Shown here in pieces: positions 29,522 to 39,189 of a DNA stretch of 64,000 nt (position 1 is its first letter; each line of letters begins with the position of its first letter). The notes beneath the pieces were generated by a model, which saw only the letters and a list, made by a program, of their open reading frames with translations, searched no databases and had not been told where the DNA came from. The translations under genes were made by a program, and so were the position numbers. This DNA comes from an uncultured Opitutales bacterium (GTDB lineage: Bacteria > Verrucomicrobiota > Verrucomicrobiia > Opitutales > JAIRKQ01), in contig CAZOAG010000001.1 in NCBI GenBank assembly GCA_964577805.1, forward strand, positions 155,033 to 219,032, read 5' to 3'.

Positions 29522-30493
29522 TCACTTGCGATATATCTCTCGCGTTTTGTCATTTGTGCAATATCCGTCAATGGTGTCAAAATTTAGGGCCTTATTGGAT
29601 TCAAAATCCAAAATTCTCAAATGTGGAGGTAATGGTTCAAACACTGGTTGCGTGCGTACCATTTGTCCATTTACTATCGTGAAGTTCGGCGAATGCGGGT
29701 TTACATTGTTCGATAGAGGGGCACGCTTGTTTTTTCCGTTTTCATACAGTGGAGAGCGTATTGTAAACGGATGGTATTTCATTAGCTTAGTACTATATTT
29801 CATGCTGTTACATTCACAACACTCGCTCCCGCACCTACGCGATAATTTATATTCCGTCTTTCCATCTACAGAAGAATACACACAAACATGGCCGGAATAC
29901 CCTGTTCCAATTTTACGGCCATCATCTGTGTACTTCAAAGATCTAAGGTATTCTCCCCCGATTATTGAATACCACTTATCGCGATCTGATGGTTTGATTG
30001 TTATTCCTAGAAAAGATGTTTCGCGGTCCATCAACGGTCTGCATCTCATTTCCTGACCAGGATTTTTGGCTAAAAACTCAGCACGGAATCTATCATGCTC
30101 TGTTCTCAGTTCAATATATTTCTGTTCAATTAAAGCAAGCAAACGATCCTCATATGGTTTACACATTGCGGGTGCCGACTTTATGTTGGCTTCGCGTTGC
30201 CTGAGTGTTGAAGAAGAAACATAATATGAGGAGCTGCTGTTATAGCTTGTAGTATTGTGCGATTGTTGAAGAATGAGATTTGTTACCCGTTGTTCCGCCT
30301 CAAATTGTCGTCGCATTTCTTCGTTATGACGTTGCATTTCTCGTTGCGTCTCTTCATACCGCCTCCTGTCGGCCTCACGCTGCATCTCATCCATTCGACG
30401 TCGGTTTTCTTGTTGTATCCTGTCGTAATTTTGTCTTTGGTAAAAATCTGACATATCTCTTTGCTGACGACTCCAGTAATTATCATAACTCAT
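29522..30493 (-). CDS. Hypothetical protein: Arg/Glu/Gln coiled-coil N-terminus, Ser-rich linker, Cys-rich C-terminal domain
   Basis: The start is placed at MSYDNYW because a strong SD (AGAGGGG) lies 7 nt upstream. It has QQENRRRMDEMQREADRRRYEETQREMQRHNEEMRRQ, then SSSSYYVSSS, then ...RRCGSECCECN.... I recognise no family. Confidence 0.55.
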   Translation of the reverse strand: MSYDNYWSRQQRDMSDFYQRQNYDRIQQENRRRMDEMQREADRRRYEETQREMQRHNEEMRRQFEAEQRVTNLILQQSHNTTSYNSSSSYYVSSSTLRQREANIKSAPAMCKPYEDRLLALIEQKYIELRTEHDRFRAEFLAKNPGQEMRCRPLMDRETSFLGITIKPSDRDKWYSIIGGEYLRSLKYTDDGRKIGTGYSGHVCVYSSVDGKTEYKLSRRCGSECCECNSMKYSTKLMKYHPFTIRSPLYENGKNKRAPLSNNVNPHSPNFTIVNGQMVRTQPVFEPLPPHLRILDFESNKALNFDTIDGYCTNDKTREIYRK

Positions 30494-30759
30494 AGTACAT
30501 CCCCTCTTACAGGGAGCACCGCTATTCCGAAAAATATAACAAGTCAATGAAAAAACAGTATTTTTGCGTCGTAACTGTTGGCTATGTAAAAACATCGATA
30601 ATATTTATTGTATGAATAAAATAACTCTACTAGATCTATGCCAATTGTTGTGTGCTGCACATCGTTAACACACAAAAATCATCAATTAAAGAAATTTAAG
30701 ATTAACGACAGTCTGTAAAGATTTTTTGATTGCTAATAAAGAAAAATTCTTAACCTTTG

Positions 30760-30862
30760 GGAGTGTCAGGTTTTTTGCAATGACGAGCCGACGAACCCCG
30801 CCAGGTCCGGAAGGAAGCAACGGTAGTCAGGATATCTCATGTGCGAAAATTGCCTGGCGTTT
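30760..30862 (+). ncRNA. ffs: Signal recognition particle RNA (small bacterial 4.5S type)
   Basis: It contains the conserved domain IV core CCAGGTCCGGAAGGAAGCAACGG. The flanks pair into a long hairpin (GTCAGG...CCTGGC; TTTTGCA/TGCGAAAA). A T6 run follows at 30861-30866. Ends are approximate, +/-5 nt. Confidence 0.88.
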
Positions 30863-31031
30863 TTTATTTGTGATTGTTTTCTACATTTTTGTGAATTGAC
30901 AGGATAAATCTCTGTTTTATGTCCTGTGCTTAAATGTTACATGTTTATGTTGTGTGAAAGTTTTACCACGGCTATATCATTCTGGATGAAATCTTTTTAA
31001 TATTGTCCAATATGACCTTTCATAATTTTCT

Positions 31032-31931
31032 TCATTTGAAAAGTTCATGTTCGATGTTTCGTGCAGAATATACAAACGTTCGAATGTCGTTTATTGCCTC
31101 TTGAGATTCATCCAATAAGTAATGTCCTGCCATTTGATATATTTTATATTTAGCATTTGGAAGAACTTTGGCCCATCGTTGTAACACATCGAAATTGTAA
31201 AGAAAATCATTATCTGCCCAGAAGAATTTGATCTTCTTGTTGTTTAAAATAAAGGCTTTTTCTTCAATCTGTTCCAATAATGGTAGAGATGGATGATTTG
31301 GTAACCATGGGATATCAACAATACCATCAGCAATACATCCACGTGATAATATTTTTTTAAATGGCCATAAATATCCATGTCGAACATTATCTGGCAATAC
31401 ACCGATTGTTCCAAAATGCATACTCGCACGTAAAAAGAAATTACACATTCTTGAAAATATTGAAACTACGAGCGGTAATTTGAAAAATGTCAATAGCATA
31501 GGTATACGTGGCAACATGAATGAATATGAGTTTAGAAATGATAAACTACTAATGCGTTCAGGCCATCGTTCTGCCATAGCAAGTGCTATGATTGCACCAA
31601 AATCCTGTGCAACAATGTGAAATTTTTTAAAATGCATATTCTCGGCAAATGATATTCCATTATCAATATGCTGCTGAATATTATAATTATATCGCCATGG
31701 TTTATCAGATAACCCATACCCTATATTATCCGGTGCGATACATTTGAAATCATTCCGCATCAATAAAATAAGGTTTCTAAAAAAAAATGACCAATTTGGA
31801 TGTCCGTGGAGAAATAATACTGTCTCCCCTGCCCCTTCATCAATGTAATGCATCTTCTTACCATCCCGCAATCGTAAATAATGACTACGGAATGGATACA
31901 ATTTCTGCAAAAAATTTGGTAATTGCTCCAC
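31032..31931 (-). CDS. Alpha/beta-fold hydrolase, haloalkane-dehalogenase/epoxide-hydrolase-like (Asp nucleophile)
   Basis: It has LFLHGHPNWSFFFRNL (an HG-P..S...R oxyanion motif), the nucleophile elbow VAQDFGA, and the C-terminal catalytic His in AGHYLLDES. Confidence 0.75.
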   Translation of the reverse strand: MEQLPNFLQKLYPFRSHYLRLRDGKKMHYIDEGAGETVLFLHGHPNWSFFFRNLILLMRNDFKCIAPDNIGYGLSDKPWRYNYNIQQHIDNGISFAENMHFKKFHIVAQDFGAIIALAMAERWPERISSLSFLNSYSFMLPRIPMLLTFFKLPLVVSIFSRMCNFFLRASMHFGTIGVLPDNVRHGYLWPFKKILSRGCIADGIVDIPWLPNHPSLPLLEQIEEKAFILNNKKIKFFWADNDFLYNFDVLQRWAKVLPNAKYKIYQMAGHYLLDESQEAINDIRTFVYSARNIEHELFK

Positions 31932-32012
31932 AACAGGGAAGATAAAGTAATCAAATACTAAGGAAGTACAAACAAAAACAAATTATATATATTTCTGATA
32001 AAATTTTGAAAA

Positions 32013-32558
32013 TTACTTATCGCGGAATAGCGTTTGTAGTGCTTGAGATCCTTTGTCACCGACTTTTGATGCAACATCCAATACTATCGACATTTGCATG
32101 ACTTCATATTGGATACGCATAAGGTCTTGTTGCGACATGTCTGGCTTTTTTGTCAGCTCAACAACAACATTTGTAATGCGCTCCAATCGATGTCTAACAA
32201 CAGATACAAAATCATCAAAACGTTCGGCAAATATTGTCTGTTTAGCATCAACGCGCATACGTTCTAATTTTAAAAACGTTTCAGGAGTAACAGAATTTAT
32301 ATCTCCTAATGCCATGCGAATAGCAGCAGCTTCGCCAGCATCAGAAGCAGATAACCCTTCTATTGAAGATCTCAGGTTTTGTGTGATTCTTGTTGGATCC
32401 GCTTGGGCACCATCAATAATATCTTTTATTTTCTGAGCATCTCCAAGCTGTTGACCAGACAGCTCATCTTTCATCATATTTTGTACCATGGCACGGAGTT
32501 GTTCCATTTGTACTTCTTCCATGCCTATACTTGTTGCTCCAACACTTTCTACACCCAT
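32013..32558 (-). CDS. Type III secretion inner-rod protein SctI (YscI/PrgJ/HrpB family)-like, with extended N-terminus
   Basis: The C-terminus DLMRIQYEVMQMSIVLDVASKVGDKGSQALQTLFRDK aligns position by position with my recollection of the YscI C-terminus DLMLMQWSLIRITIQEELIAKTAGRMSQNVETLSKGG. An AAGGGG SD lies upstream. Confidence 0.6.
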   Translation of the reverse strand: MGVESVGATSIGMEEVQMEQLRAMVQNMMKDELSGQQLGDAQKIKDIIDGAQADPTRITQNLRSSIEGLSASDAGEAAAIRMALGDINSVTPETFLKLERMRVDAKQTIFAERFDDFVSVVRHRLERITNVVVELTKKPDMSQQDLMRIQYEVMQMSIVLDVASKVGDKGSQALQTLFRDK

Positions 32559-32617
32559 ATTTCCCCTTTTTCGCTGTATTTAAAAAATATTACAATATAA
32601 CCTCTTAATAACTAGAA

Positions 32618-32646
32618 ATATTAGCAATGTTATTTCGAAATTTCAA
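32618..32646 (-). promoter_or_regulatory. Candidate sigma-70-type promoter for the SctI-like gene
   Basis: On the minus strand the sequence reads TTGAAA (32646-32641), a 17-nt spacer, then TAATAT (32623-32618). This sits ~60 nt upstream of the ATG. In AT-rich DNA this match is weak evidence. Confidence 0.3.
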
Positions 32647-32653
32647 TACAAAA

Positions 32654-34366
32654 TTACACATCGTCATCTGTTATGAAATTTTCAAAACCAGGACCATCTG
32701 ATTGCAATTCATTATCAAAAAATCCATGTAATTGTCGAATACGCGTCGGATGGCGCATTTTTCGTAGTGCTTTAGCCTCAATTTGTCGAATACGTTCGCG
32801 TGTGACATTAAACATTTGGCCAACTTCTTCAAGTGTACGACTATACCCATCTTTCAGTCCAAAACGCAATGTCAAAACTTCGCGTTCGCGTGGTGTCAAA
32901 CTATCCAAAACAGACCCTATTTTATCTCTGAGCAGACTAAATGCAGTCATATCATATGGATTTTCTGCATTCTTATCCTCGATAAAATCACCAAAGCTAG
33001 AATCTTCATTGTCGCCAACAGGATTTTGCAATGATATCGGTTGTTGTGCCATTTTCATGATCGACTGCACGCGCTCAAGAGGCATTTTTACCTCTTTTGC
33101 GACATCCTCAGGTGTTGGCTCATGTCCCAATTCTTGCATCAATTGTTTTTGCGCCTGCATTACACGATTCAATGACTCTATCATATGTACAGGAATTCGA
33201 ATAGTACGTGCTTGATCAGCAATGGAACGTGTAATTGCCTGACGTATCCACCATGTCGCATATGTAGAAAATTTATATCCGCGGCGATATTCAAATTTTT
33301 CTACTGCTTTCATCAGGCCCATATTCCCTTCTTGAATAGAATCCAGGAACGACAGTCCACGATTAGTATATTTTTTAGCAATACTTATGACCAATCGTAA
33401 ATTTGCCTCTACCATTTCACGTTTGGCCTTGTATGCTTCGTTCATGTGGAACTTGAACGCTTTGATTATATCAACTAGCCGTTTAGGGTCCGCTTCATGT
33501 TTTAATTCAAACTTACGCAATGCTTTTTGTATACGACCAATTGCTTCCTGTTGTCCTGTATCACCATTCTCGACTGCTCTATTTGCACGTTCCAAATCGA
33601 GATACAATTGATTGATTTGACGCACATCAGGACGTAACTTTGCTAACGGTTCTTCAAATATTTTCATTTTAAAACAGAACCGTTTCAACACTGTTTTCAA
33701 TTGATTTTGAAATTGTTTCAACCGTGTTTCTGTTGCTTTTATTTTTTCAGAATCACCACTTTCTTTTGCATCTTGATAATTCTTCCAAGATTCTTTGACC
33801 TTCGAAAATAGCATCTTACTGTCTTGTACAGCACGAGCTAGCATCGTGTAATATGCTTCTCTACTTTCAATTTTTTTATCAAGTACAATTCTATCGAATC
33901 GCTCATCACGACACAATAATTTTTCTGCAAGATCGATCTGGAATTCTGCTGTCAAATGAATCGAGAATAACTCATCCTGCGCTCGCAATTCTTCTCGTTC
34001 AATAGTCTTTGAAATTGATACTTCTTGTGCTCGTGTCAACAATGGAACCTGTCCCATTTGCCGAAGATACATTCGAACAGGGTCTTCAATATTGTCTGCA
34101 GATGGAGATTTCGGAGCGGCCATCTCCTCTTCCATCTTCGATTGATACTGTTCAACTTCTTCCGTATCAAGTATTTCAATATTTAAATTTTCTAAAATAT
34201 TGATGATATTTTCTGCTTCTTTAGGGTTCGTCAGTGCACCTGGTAATGTAGCATTAATATCTTGTAATGATACATAACCACGTTGACGTGCTAACCTAAT
34301 AAGTTCTTGAATCCTGGCATTGGCATCCACTGTTGTGCCACTATTATTTTCATCTGACTTCGTCAT
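32654..34366 (-). CDS. rpoD: RNA polymerase primary sigma factor (sigma-70/sigma-66 type)
   Basis: It has [66 protein letters not shown] and [30 protein letters not shown]. Confidence 0.97.
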   Translation of the reverse strand: MTKSDENNSGTTVDANARIQELIRLARQRGYVSLQDINATLPGALTNPKEAENIINILENLNIEILDTEEVEQYQSKMEEEMAAPKSPSADNIEDPVRMYLRQMGQVPLLTRAQEVSISKTIEREELRAQDELFSIHLTAEFQIDLAEKLLCRDERFDRIVLDKKIESREAYYTMLARAVQDSKMLFSKVKESWKNYQDAKESGDSEKIKATETRLKQFQNQLKTVLKRFCFKMKIFEEPLAKLRPDVRQINQLYLDLERANRAVENGDTGQQEAIGRIQKALRKFELKHEADPKRLVDIIKAFKFHMNEAYKAKREMVEANLRLVISIAKKYTNRGLSFLDSIQEGNMGLMKAVEKFEYRRGYKFSTYATWWIRQAITRSIADQARTIRIPVHMIESLNRVMQAQKQLMQELGHEPTPEDVAKEVKMPLERVQSIMKMAQQPISLQNPVGDNEDSSFGDFIEDKNAENPYDMTAFSLLRDKIGSVLDSLTPREREVLTLRFGLKDGYSRTLEEVGQMFNVTRERIRQIEAKALRKMRHPTRIRQLHGFFDNELQSDGPGFENFITDDDV

Positions 34367-34378
34367 CGCGCTTATCTG

Positions 34379-36214
34379 TCACTGTAAAATCTGAGGGTGC
34401 TGTCTCAACATCGCCCGCAAATCCATCCTACGATTTTGTAGGGTTCTTATCGTATCGACTTCGTCAAGAGAAATTTTGCGAAATTTTTCATCGATTGCAT
34501 TAATTTCCCTTTTTACACTATCAATATGCAATTTTTTTATGCATAAATTTGCCACATTAATGGCATCAATTTCTTCATCGACCTCCGATATTAATGTATA
34601 TGCAAGATTCTTTTCTTCATCAGAAAACAACGATGTATTATCAAATGATAACATACCATCCCACATTCCTTCGCGAACTTCATTTAATATTTTCAATAAT
34701 AGCTGTCCGGCTTGGCAGTTCAATTGTTGTAAAAATGGCATGTCTATAAATTCTGCTACAGAACGAGCTATTGTGTTATTTAACAAACAAACAGATAATA
34801 ATTGTGATGCTGCAGAATTGATTTTAGACGACGGTTGTTTGCCATTTTTTTGTGGCCAAATAGTTGGTGTAGTAGTAAATTTACGTTTTGTAAGAAATGA
34901 TTTAAAATCTTCCCCGATAGCATGACGGTCAAATCCTGCTACTATAGATAATTCATCTAGATAACTTTCTCTAGCAATAGATGATTCAGATGCAGCAATT
35001 ACTTCATAAATGTTTGTCATTGTTGCTGCTTTTTCTTGTGCAGACAATGCAGATTTTTTATTCAATAATTGCGACACAAGGAATTTAATACTAGACATTC
35101 CATATTTTTGAATATCAGCAAATCTATTATGGAAATCTTGTGAAAAAAAACTATCTGGATCTTGCCCTGCTGGAAGTATAAAAAATGTAATATCCAGACC
35201 TGCAATCATAGCCATTGGAAGTATGCGCAATGCTGCTTTCTGTCCTGCAGAATCACCATCCAATGAACAATTTATATGTGTAGTATATCGACGAATCATA
35301 TTCAGTTGTGTATCAGTTATAGCTGTTCCTTGTGGCGCTATCGCTGTATTTATACCACATTCCCAACATCGTATCACATCAAATTGTCCTTCAACCAACC
35401 ACAATGCCGACTCTTCGTCAACATATTGCCTAGCATGGTATAATCCGAATAGTAAATTCCCTTTATGAAAAATATCAGTTTCAGGTGAATTTATATATTT
35501 AGCATCTAAAAAGCTATCATCAGGCGTAACATCTTTTATGAACCTTGACGAAAATCCAACTACCCTACACTGAATATCATGTATAGGAATTATCATACGA
35601 TTTCGAAATCGTAATATTCCGCGCGTAACATCTTTTTCATCATCTTTGTAATAAAATATTCCGCAGGCTTTTATTGCATCTTGTCCAAACCCAGCATCTA
35701 ACATTGATTGAATCAATATTTTACTATCGCATCCAGCATACCCTATTTCATACTTTTTTGCTACGTCCAAAGAAAAATTACGTTCTTTTTCCCAATAATT
35801 TCGTAATTTTTGTGCTTCAGTAGTATTTGCCCAAAACTGTTTTATAAACATTTTATGAGCAAACGCATTGATGTCATACAATGATTTCCGAGAATATTGC
35901 TGTTTAACACTGTTGTTAGATTTTTCATACTCTATAGGAAGATTAAACCGATTTGCGATAATTTCTACTGCTTCAGCAAATGTCACCTTTTCTTGCAATT
36001 GAACAAATCTAAAAATATCACCAGCATTGCCAGAACTAAAACATCGGAACATTCTTTTTGCTGGCATTACAAAGAACGATGGTGTTTTTTCTGGATTGAA
36101 CGGGCTCAGTCCTCTCCAATTGGCGCCACATCGTTTTAATGCGACATATGGCGATACAACATCATAAACATCAACAGCATTTTTTATTTTTTCTATACAA
36201 CTACGTGTAATCAT
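34379..36214 (-). CDS. dnaG: DNA primase DnaG (zinc-finger ligands degenerate)
   Basis: It has PFNPEKTPSFFV, a TOPRIM region (LVEGQFDVI...DGDSAGQKA) and an RNA-polymerase core. It lies 12 nt upstream of rpoD. Confidence 0.9.
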   Translation of the reverse strand: MITRSCIEKIKNAVDVYDVVSPYVALKRCGANWRGLSPFNPEKTPSFFVMPAKRMFRCFSSGNAGDIFRFVQLQEKVTFAEAVEIIANRFNLPIEYEKSNNSVKQQYSRKSLYDINAFAHKMFIKQFWANTTEAQKLRNYWEKERNFSLDVAKKYEIGYAGCDSKILIQSMLDAGFGQDAIKACGIFYYKDDEKDVTRGILRFRNRMIIPIHDIQCRVVGFSSRFIKDVTPDDSFLDAKYINSPETDIFHKGNLLFGLYHARQYVDEESALWLVEGQFDVIRCWECGINTAIAPQGTAITDTQLNMIRRYTTHINCSLDGDSAGQKAALRILPMAMIAGLDITFFILPAGQDPDSFFSQDFHNRFADIQKYGMSSIKFLVSQLLNKKSALSAQEKAATMTNIYEVIAASESSIARESYLDELSIVAGFDRHAIGEDFKSFLTKRKFTTTPTIWPQKNGKQPSSKINSAASQLLSVCLLNNTIARSVAEFIDMPFLQQLNCQAGQLLLKILNEVREGMWDGMLSFDNTSLFSDEEKNLAYTLISEVDEEIDAINVANLCIKKLHIDSVKREINAIDEKFRKISLDEVDTIRTLQNRRMDLRAMLRQHPQILQ

Positions 36215-36369
36215 TGGTTAACAAGCGCAGGGATAATTTCTTGCACGTTTAAAACATATATTATGAATTTTTCAATGGCAAAAGCCATTCTAAATTATTA
36301 TAAAAGAAATAACCATCATCGCATTATTCCACATTGACACAAATATTTGAAAAAGTTAGTTGATTGTCC

Positions 36370-37287
36370 ATGAATTCACTTCCGAAAATTATTATATTAT
36401 GTGGTGGAGGTTCCTCGTCAGAACGTGAAGTTTCATTGATATCCGGAGAGAATATTTATCAATCATGTAAAGATGTTTTCGATGTAAGGAAAGTCATCTT
36501 GAATGATGACCGTTTGCCAGAAGAAATTTTACAAGAAAAAAATGCGATTATTTTTCCTATAACACATGGTGAGTTCGGAGAAGATGGTCAATTGCAGTCA
36601 TTGCTGGAAGAAAATGGATTTACGTTCGTTGGGTGTGATTCTGCATCTAGTGCACTTTGCATGGATAAATATCGTGCAAAAATGGCAGTTGCTGATGCAG
36701 GAGTTCCCGTGATTGATGGTATAAAATTTACTCAATTCAGTGCAAATGATGTTATTGAAGAATTGCTGTATCCTGTGTTTATAAAGCCTAATGACAAAGG
36801 AAGCAGCGTTGATGCTCATATTGCAAACACTAAAGAAGATTTTCAAAATTTAATAAAAGATTTATCTCCGACGACGGAATATTTGGCAGAAAAAAAGATC
36901 AATGGTTGTGATATGACCGTCGGTCTGCTCGATGGGAAAGCATTGGAGATCGTTGAAATCCATCCATCATCCGAATTTTTTACGTATGATAACAAATACA
37001 CGTCTGGACATGCCAATGAGATCTGCCCAGCACAGATAAGTAATGATTTAACAAATTCCATTAAACATTATGCTGAAATGGCATATCGTGCTTGCAAATG
37101 TCGTGATTGGGCACGTGCAGATTTCATGTTAACAGAAACAGGCGATATTTATTTCCTTGAAATGAATACGTTGCCAGGCATGACAAACGAGAGCTTATTT
37201 CCAAAATCTGCAAAAGCAGCAGGAATCGACATTGTATCATTGTTTGGACGTTTGATATATTTGGCAAAAAATCGCGTAAATAGTTAA
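36370..37287 (+). CDS. ddl: D-alanine--D-alanine ligase (stand-alone)
   Basis: It has ILCGGGSSSEREVSLISG, HGEFGEDGQLQSLLE and an ATP-grasp domain (FIKPNDKGSSV, ARADFMLTETGDIYFLEMNTLPGMT). Confidence 0.9.
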   Translation: MNSLPKIIILCGGGSSSEREVSLISGENIYQSCKDVFDVRKVILNDDRLPEEILQEKNAIIFPITHGEFGEDGQLQSLLEENGFTFVGCDSASSALCMDKYRAKMAVADAGVPVIDGIKFTQFSANDVIEELLYPVFIKPNDKGSSVDAHIANTKEDFQNLIKDLSPTTEYLAEKKINGCDMTVGLLDGKALEIVEIHPSSEFFTYDNKYTSGHANEICPAQISNDLTNSIKHYAEMAYRACKCRDWARADFMLTETGDIYFLEMNTLPGMTNESLFPKSAKAAGIDIVSLFGRLIYLAKNRVNS

Positions 37288-37396
37288 TAATGTAGAAACA
37301 AACAAAAATGGCATTGATATTTACACCGTGTCCACACAAATGCAATACCTAGACAACTTGATATTGCATCGAAATATAGCAAACGAGACTTTGTAA

Positions 37397-37969
37397 TCAA
37401 AGCGGCATAGAAGATCCATTACCAAAAATTTGCTCCGTAATCCACTGGTCGCCACCTTTAACATAATCATGTGTCCAGGTAGTAGATTTTATCCGTTCTC
37501 CAATGTCTTTCGGCAAATTATCAAGCAAAGACATTATATCATCTTTCTTTTCTGATCGATATAGACACCATCCTACGCATTTACCTTCTCCAACCTCAGA
37601 CTCTCTAAGCAAACACTGAGCTAGAATATTATGCTGTCCCAACCTGACAAGATTTTTAAGAAATTCCATCGCTTTATCTCGTCCACCATGTGTTTGAACT
37701 GTTTTATACAAGTCATCACCAATCATCAAAGCAAAATCCACAACACCAACAAGACCACGCTGTGAAAGATCAGACAGAGACCCTTGTTTTATTTTACTCT
37801 CAACAAGGCTGTTTGCAAAATTCAACATCTGATCCGGAGTATAATTGTCACTACATTTTAATTGAAACACATTATACGCAACACGTGTTTCTTCTTCATC
37901 ACAATCAACACCTGGCCTGTATCCAAAATTCACTGAGAATCTATCTCTTGCACATTCAACTTTATTCAT
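37397..37969 (-). CDS. Hypothetical protein (190 aa), last gene of the tRNA-Lys-adjacent island
   Basis: This ORF starts 41 nt downstream of the 392-aa ORF. I see no signal peptide, TM segment or recognisable motif. Confidence 0.45.
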   Translation of the reverse strand: MNKVECARDRFSVNFGYRPGVDCDEEETRVAYNVFQLKCSDNYTPDQMLNFANSLVESKIKQGSLSDLSQRGLVGVVDFALMIGDDLYKTVQTHGGRDKAMEFLKNLVRLGQHNILAQCLLRESEVGEGKCVGWCLYRSEKKDDIMSLLDNLPKDIGERIKSTTWTHDYVKGGDQWITEQIFGNGSSMPL

Positions 37970-38010
37970 ACTATACCAATTTTATGTCAAATTTATAAAA
38001 CACAACCTTT

Positions 38011-39189
38011 TTATTTGCCGTCACTTTTCTCAAGCGATTTCGGAAAAAAACTAGATGGATTTTTAGCAAATGCGCCAAAAAGTTGTTTGTAATTTTCAAT
38101 ATTAACAATAGGGTTAGGCTTATCACATAACATCTGTGCTGCTGAATATAAACTACATAAAACTTCAGCTGCCGAATGATATTGCCCTGATTGCATATAT
38201 ACCGAAATAGACAAAAATAAACGTTTGAAATCTTCTGAGAGCGAATTTTGTTCTGGGCATCCTTCATCTACAAAACTCTTTACTTGTGAAAGAATTTCTT
38301 GAATACGCTTTTTATCAGATATGCCACATAGCGCAACTATAATATTTATTGTCGTTCCAGATGCACTACATATTGTACGCAAATTGGCTCCTTTCATAGC
38401 AGATGCTAAATTTGGTTTGCTTGCATACGTAGATTCGCCATTTGTTGTTTCCAACAAATCTCCTATATGTTTAAAAGTATCACTTTGGACAATAAGGTCC
38501 TTTTTACAAATTTTTTCTAAAATTTCTTCTCTTAAGTCTTCTGAATTTTCTATTATCCCAGCTTCAGAACCATACCGGTTATTGTAAGCAATAATGCTGC
38601 ATTCAGACAGACATTCTTTCAAGAAACCAATTGGATCGTTTATTATTTCTACACGCGATGGCAAAAGCATGCCATCTACAGCAAATTGTCCTGGTCTTTG
38701 AACTGTATCATTCGGAAATGCATTATTCTCTTTTAGTTTCTTACACAAATCTTGACCTTTGGATACATATTCTGAACAGTCACAGGAATTGCCAATTATT
38801 GCATAAAAATCGTTATATGGTCCTTTGCCGCGATTAGCTATTTTTTCAGACAAATTAGCAGCCCTCATGCGACCACGCATACCGCATATTTGTTTATCTC
38901 CATCAATACCTCTTGAGTTTTTAAGAAAATGGTCTGCTAATTTCTCTAACTGTTTTGCTATATCTAGGTCTAATTCATTCTTAACAAGAACATCAATCAT
39001 TGCACCGACGATAGCCTTATCTAATTTTTCCAAAGAAATTTCGTAGAACATCTCATGTTTTTTAAGTTCTAAAAAAACACCCTGTTGTATTGAAAACCTT
39101 TCTTTGTATAAGCCATTATTATTATTCAGTACATTTATTACGTCACTCATACGACACAGCATCTGAATGGCCATAAACTCCTGCACCAA
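38011..39189 (-). CDS. Hypothetical protein (392 aa as called), probably the C-terminal part of a frameshifted ~600-aa gene
   Basis: This is a long ORF with no Trp and several Cys, carrying ICSASGTTINII and QSGQYHSAAEV. Its frame is open upstream only to 39231 and has no good ATG/SD at its 5' end. Confidence 0.5.
   Translation of the reverse strand: MVQEFMAIQMLCRMSDVINVLNNNNGLYKERFSIQQGVFLELKKHEMFYEISLEKLDKAIVGAMIDVLVKNELDLDIAKQLEKLADHFLKNSRGIDGDKQICGMRGRMRAANLSEKIANRGKGPYNDFYAIIGNSCDCSEYVSKGQDLCKKLKENNAFPNDTVQRPGQFAVDGMLLPSRVEIINDPIGFLKECLSECSIIAYNNRYGSEAGIIENSEDLREEILEKICKKDLIVQSDTFKHIGDLLETTNGESTYASKPNLASAMKGANLRTICSASGTTINIIVALCGISDKKRIQEILSQVKSFVDEGCPEQNSLSEDFKRLFLSISVYMQSGQYHSAAEVLCSLYSAAQMLCDKPNPIVNIENYKQLFGAFAKNPSSFFPKSLEKSDGK

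Noticed and set aside
32673-33215. Long antisense ORFs inside large conserved genes. Examples are 180 aa inside rpoD, 158 aa inside pntA (12039-12515), 176 aa opposite the Cys-rich gene (29526-30056), 161 aa inside infB (25019-25504), and many more in the track.
   Set aside because: They are fully embedded opposite genes with strong family motifs. Their composition is typical of antisense frames and they have no motifs of their own.
37288-37396. A direct repeat of the tRNA-Lys 3' end (att-like scar) that would delimit the 37.4-39.9 kb island.
   Set aside because: I could not find any >=10-nt match to TGGTAGGCCGACAGGGGCTCGAA in the ddl-proximal flank. Mobility of the island is therefore unsupported.
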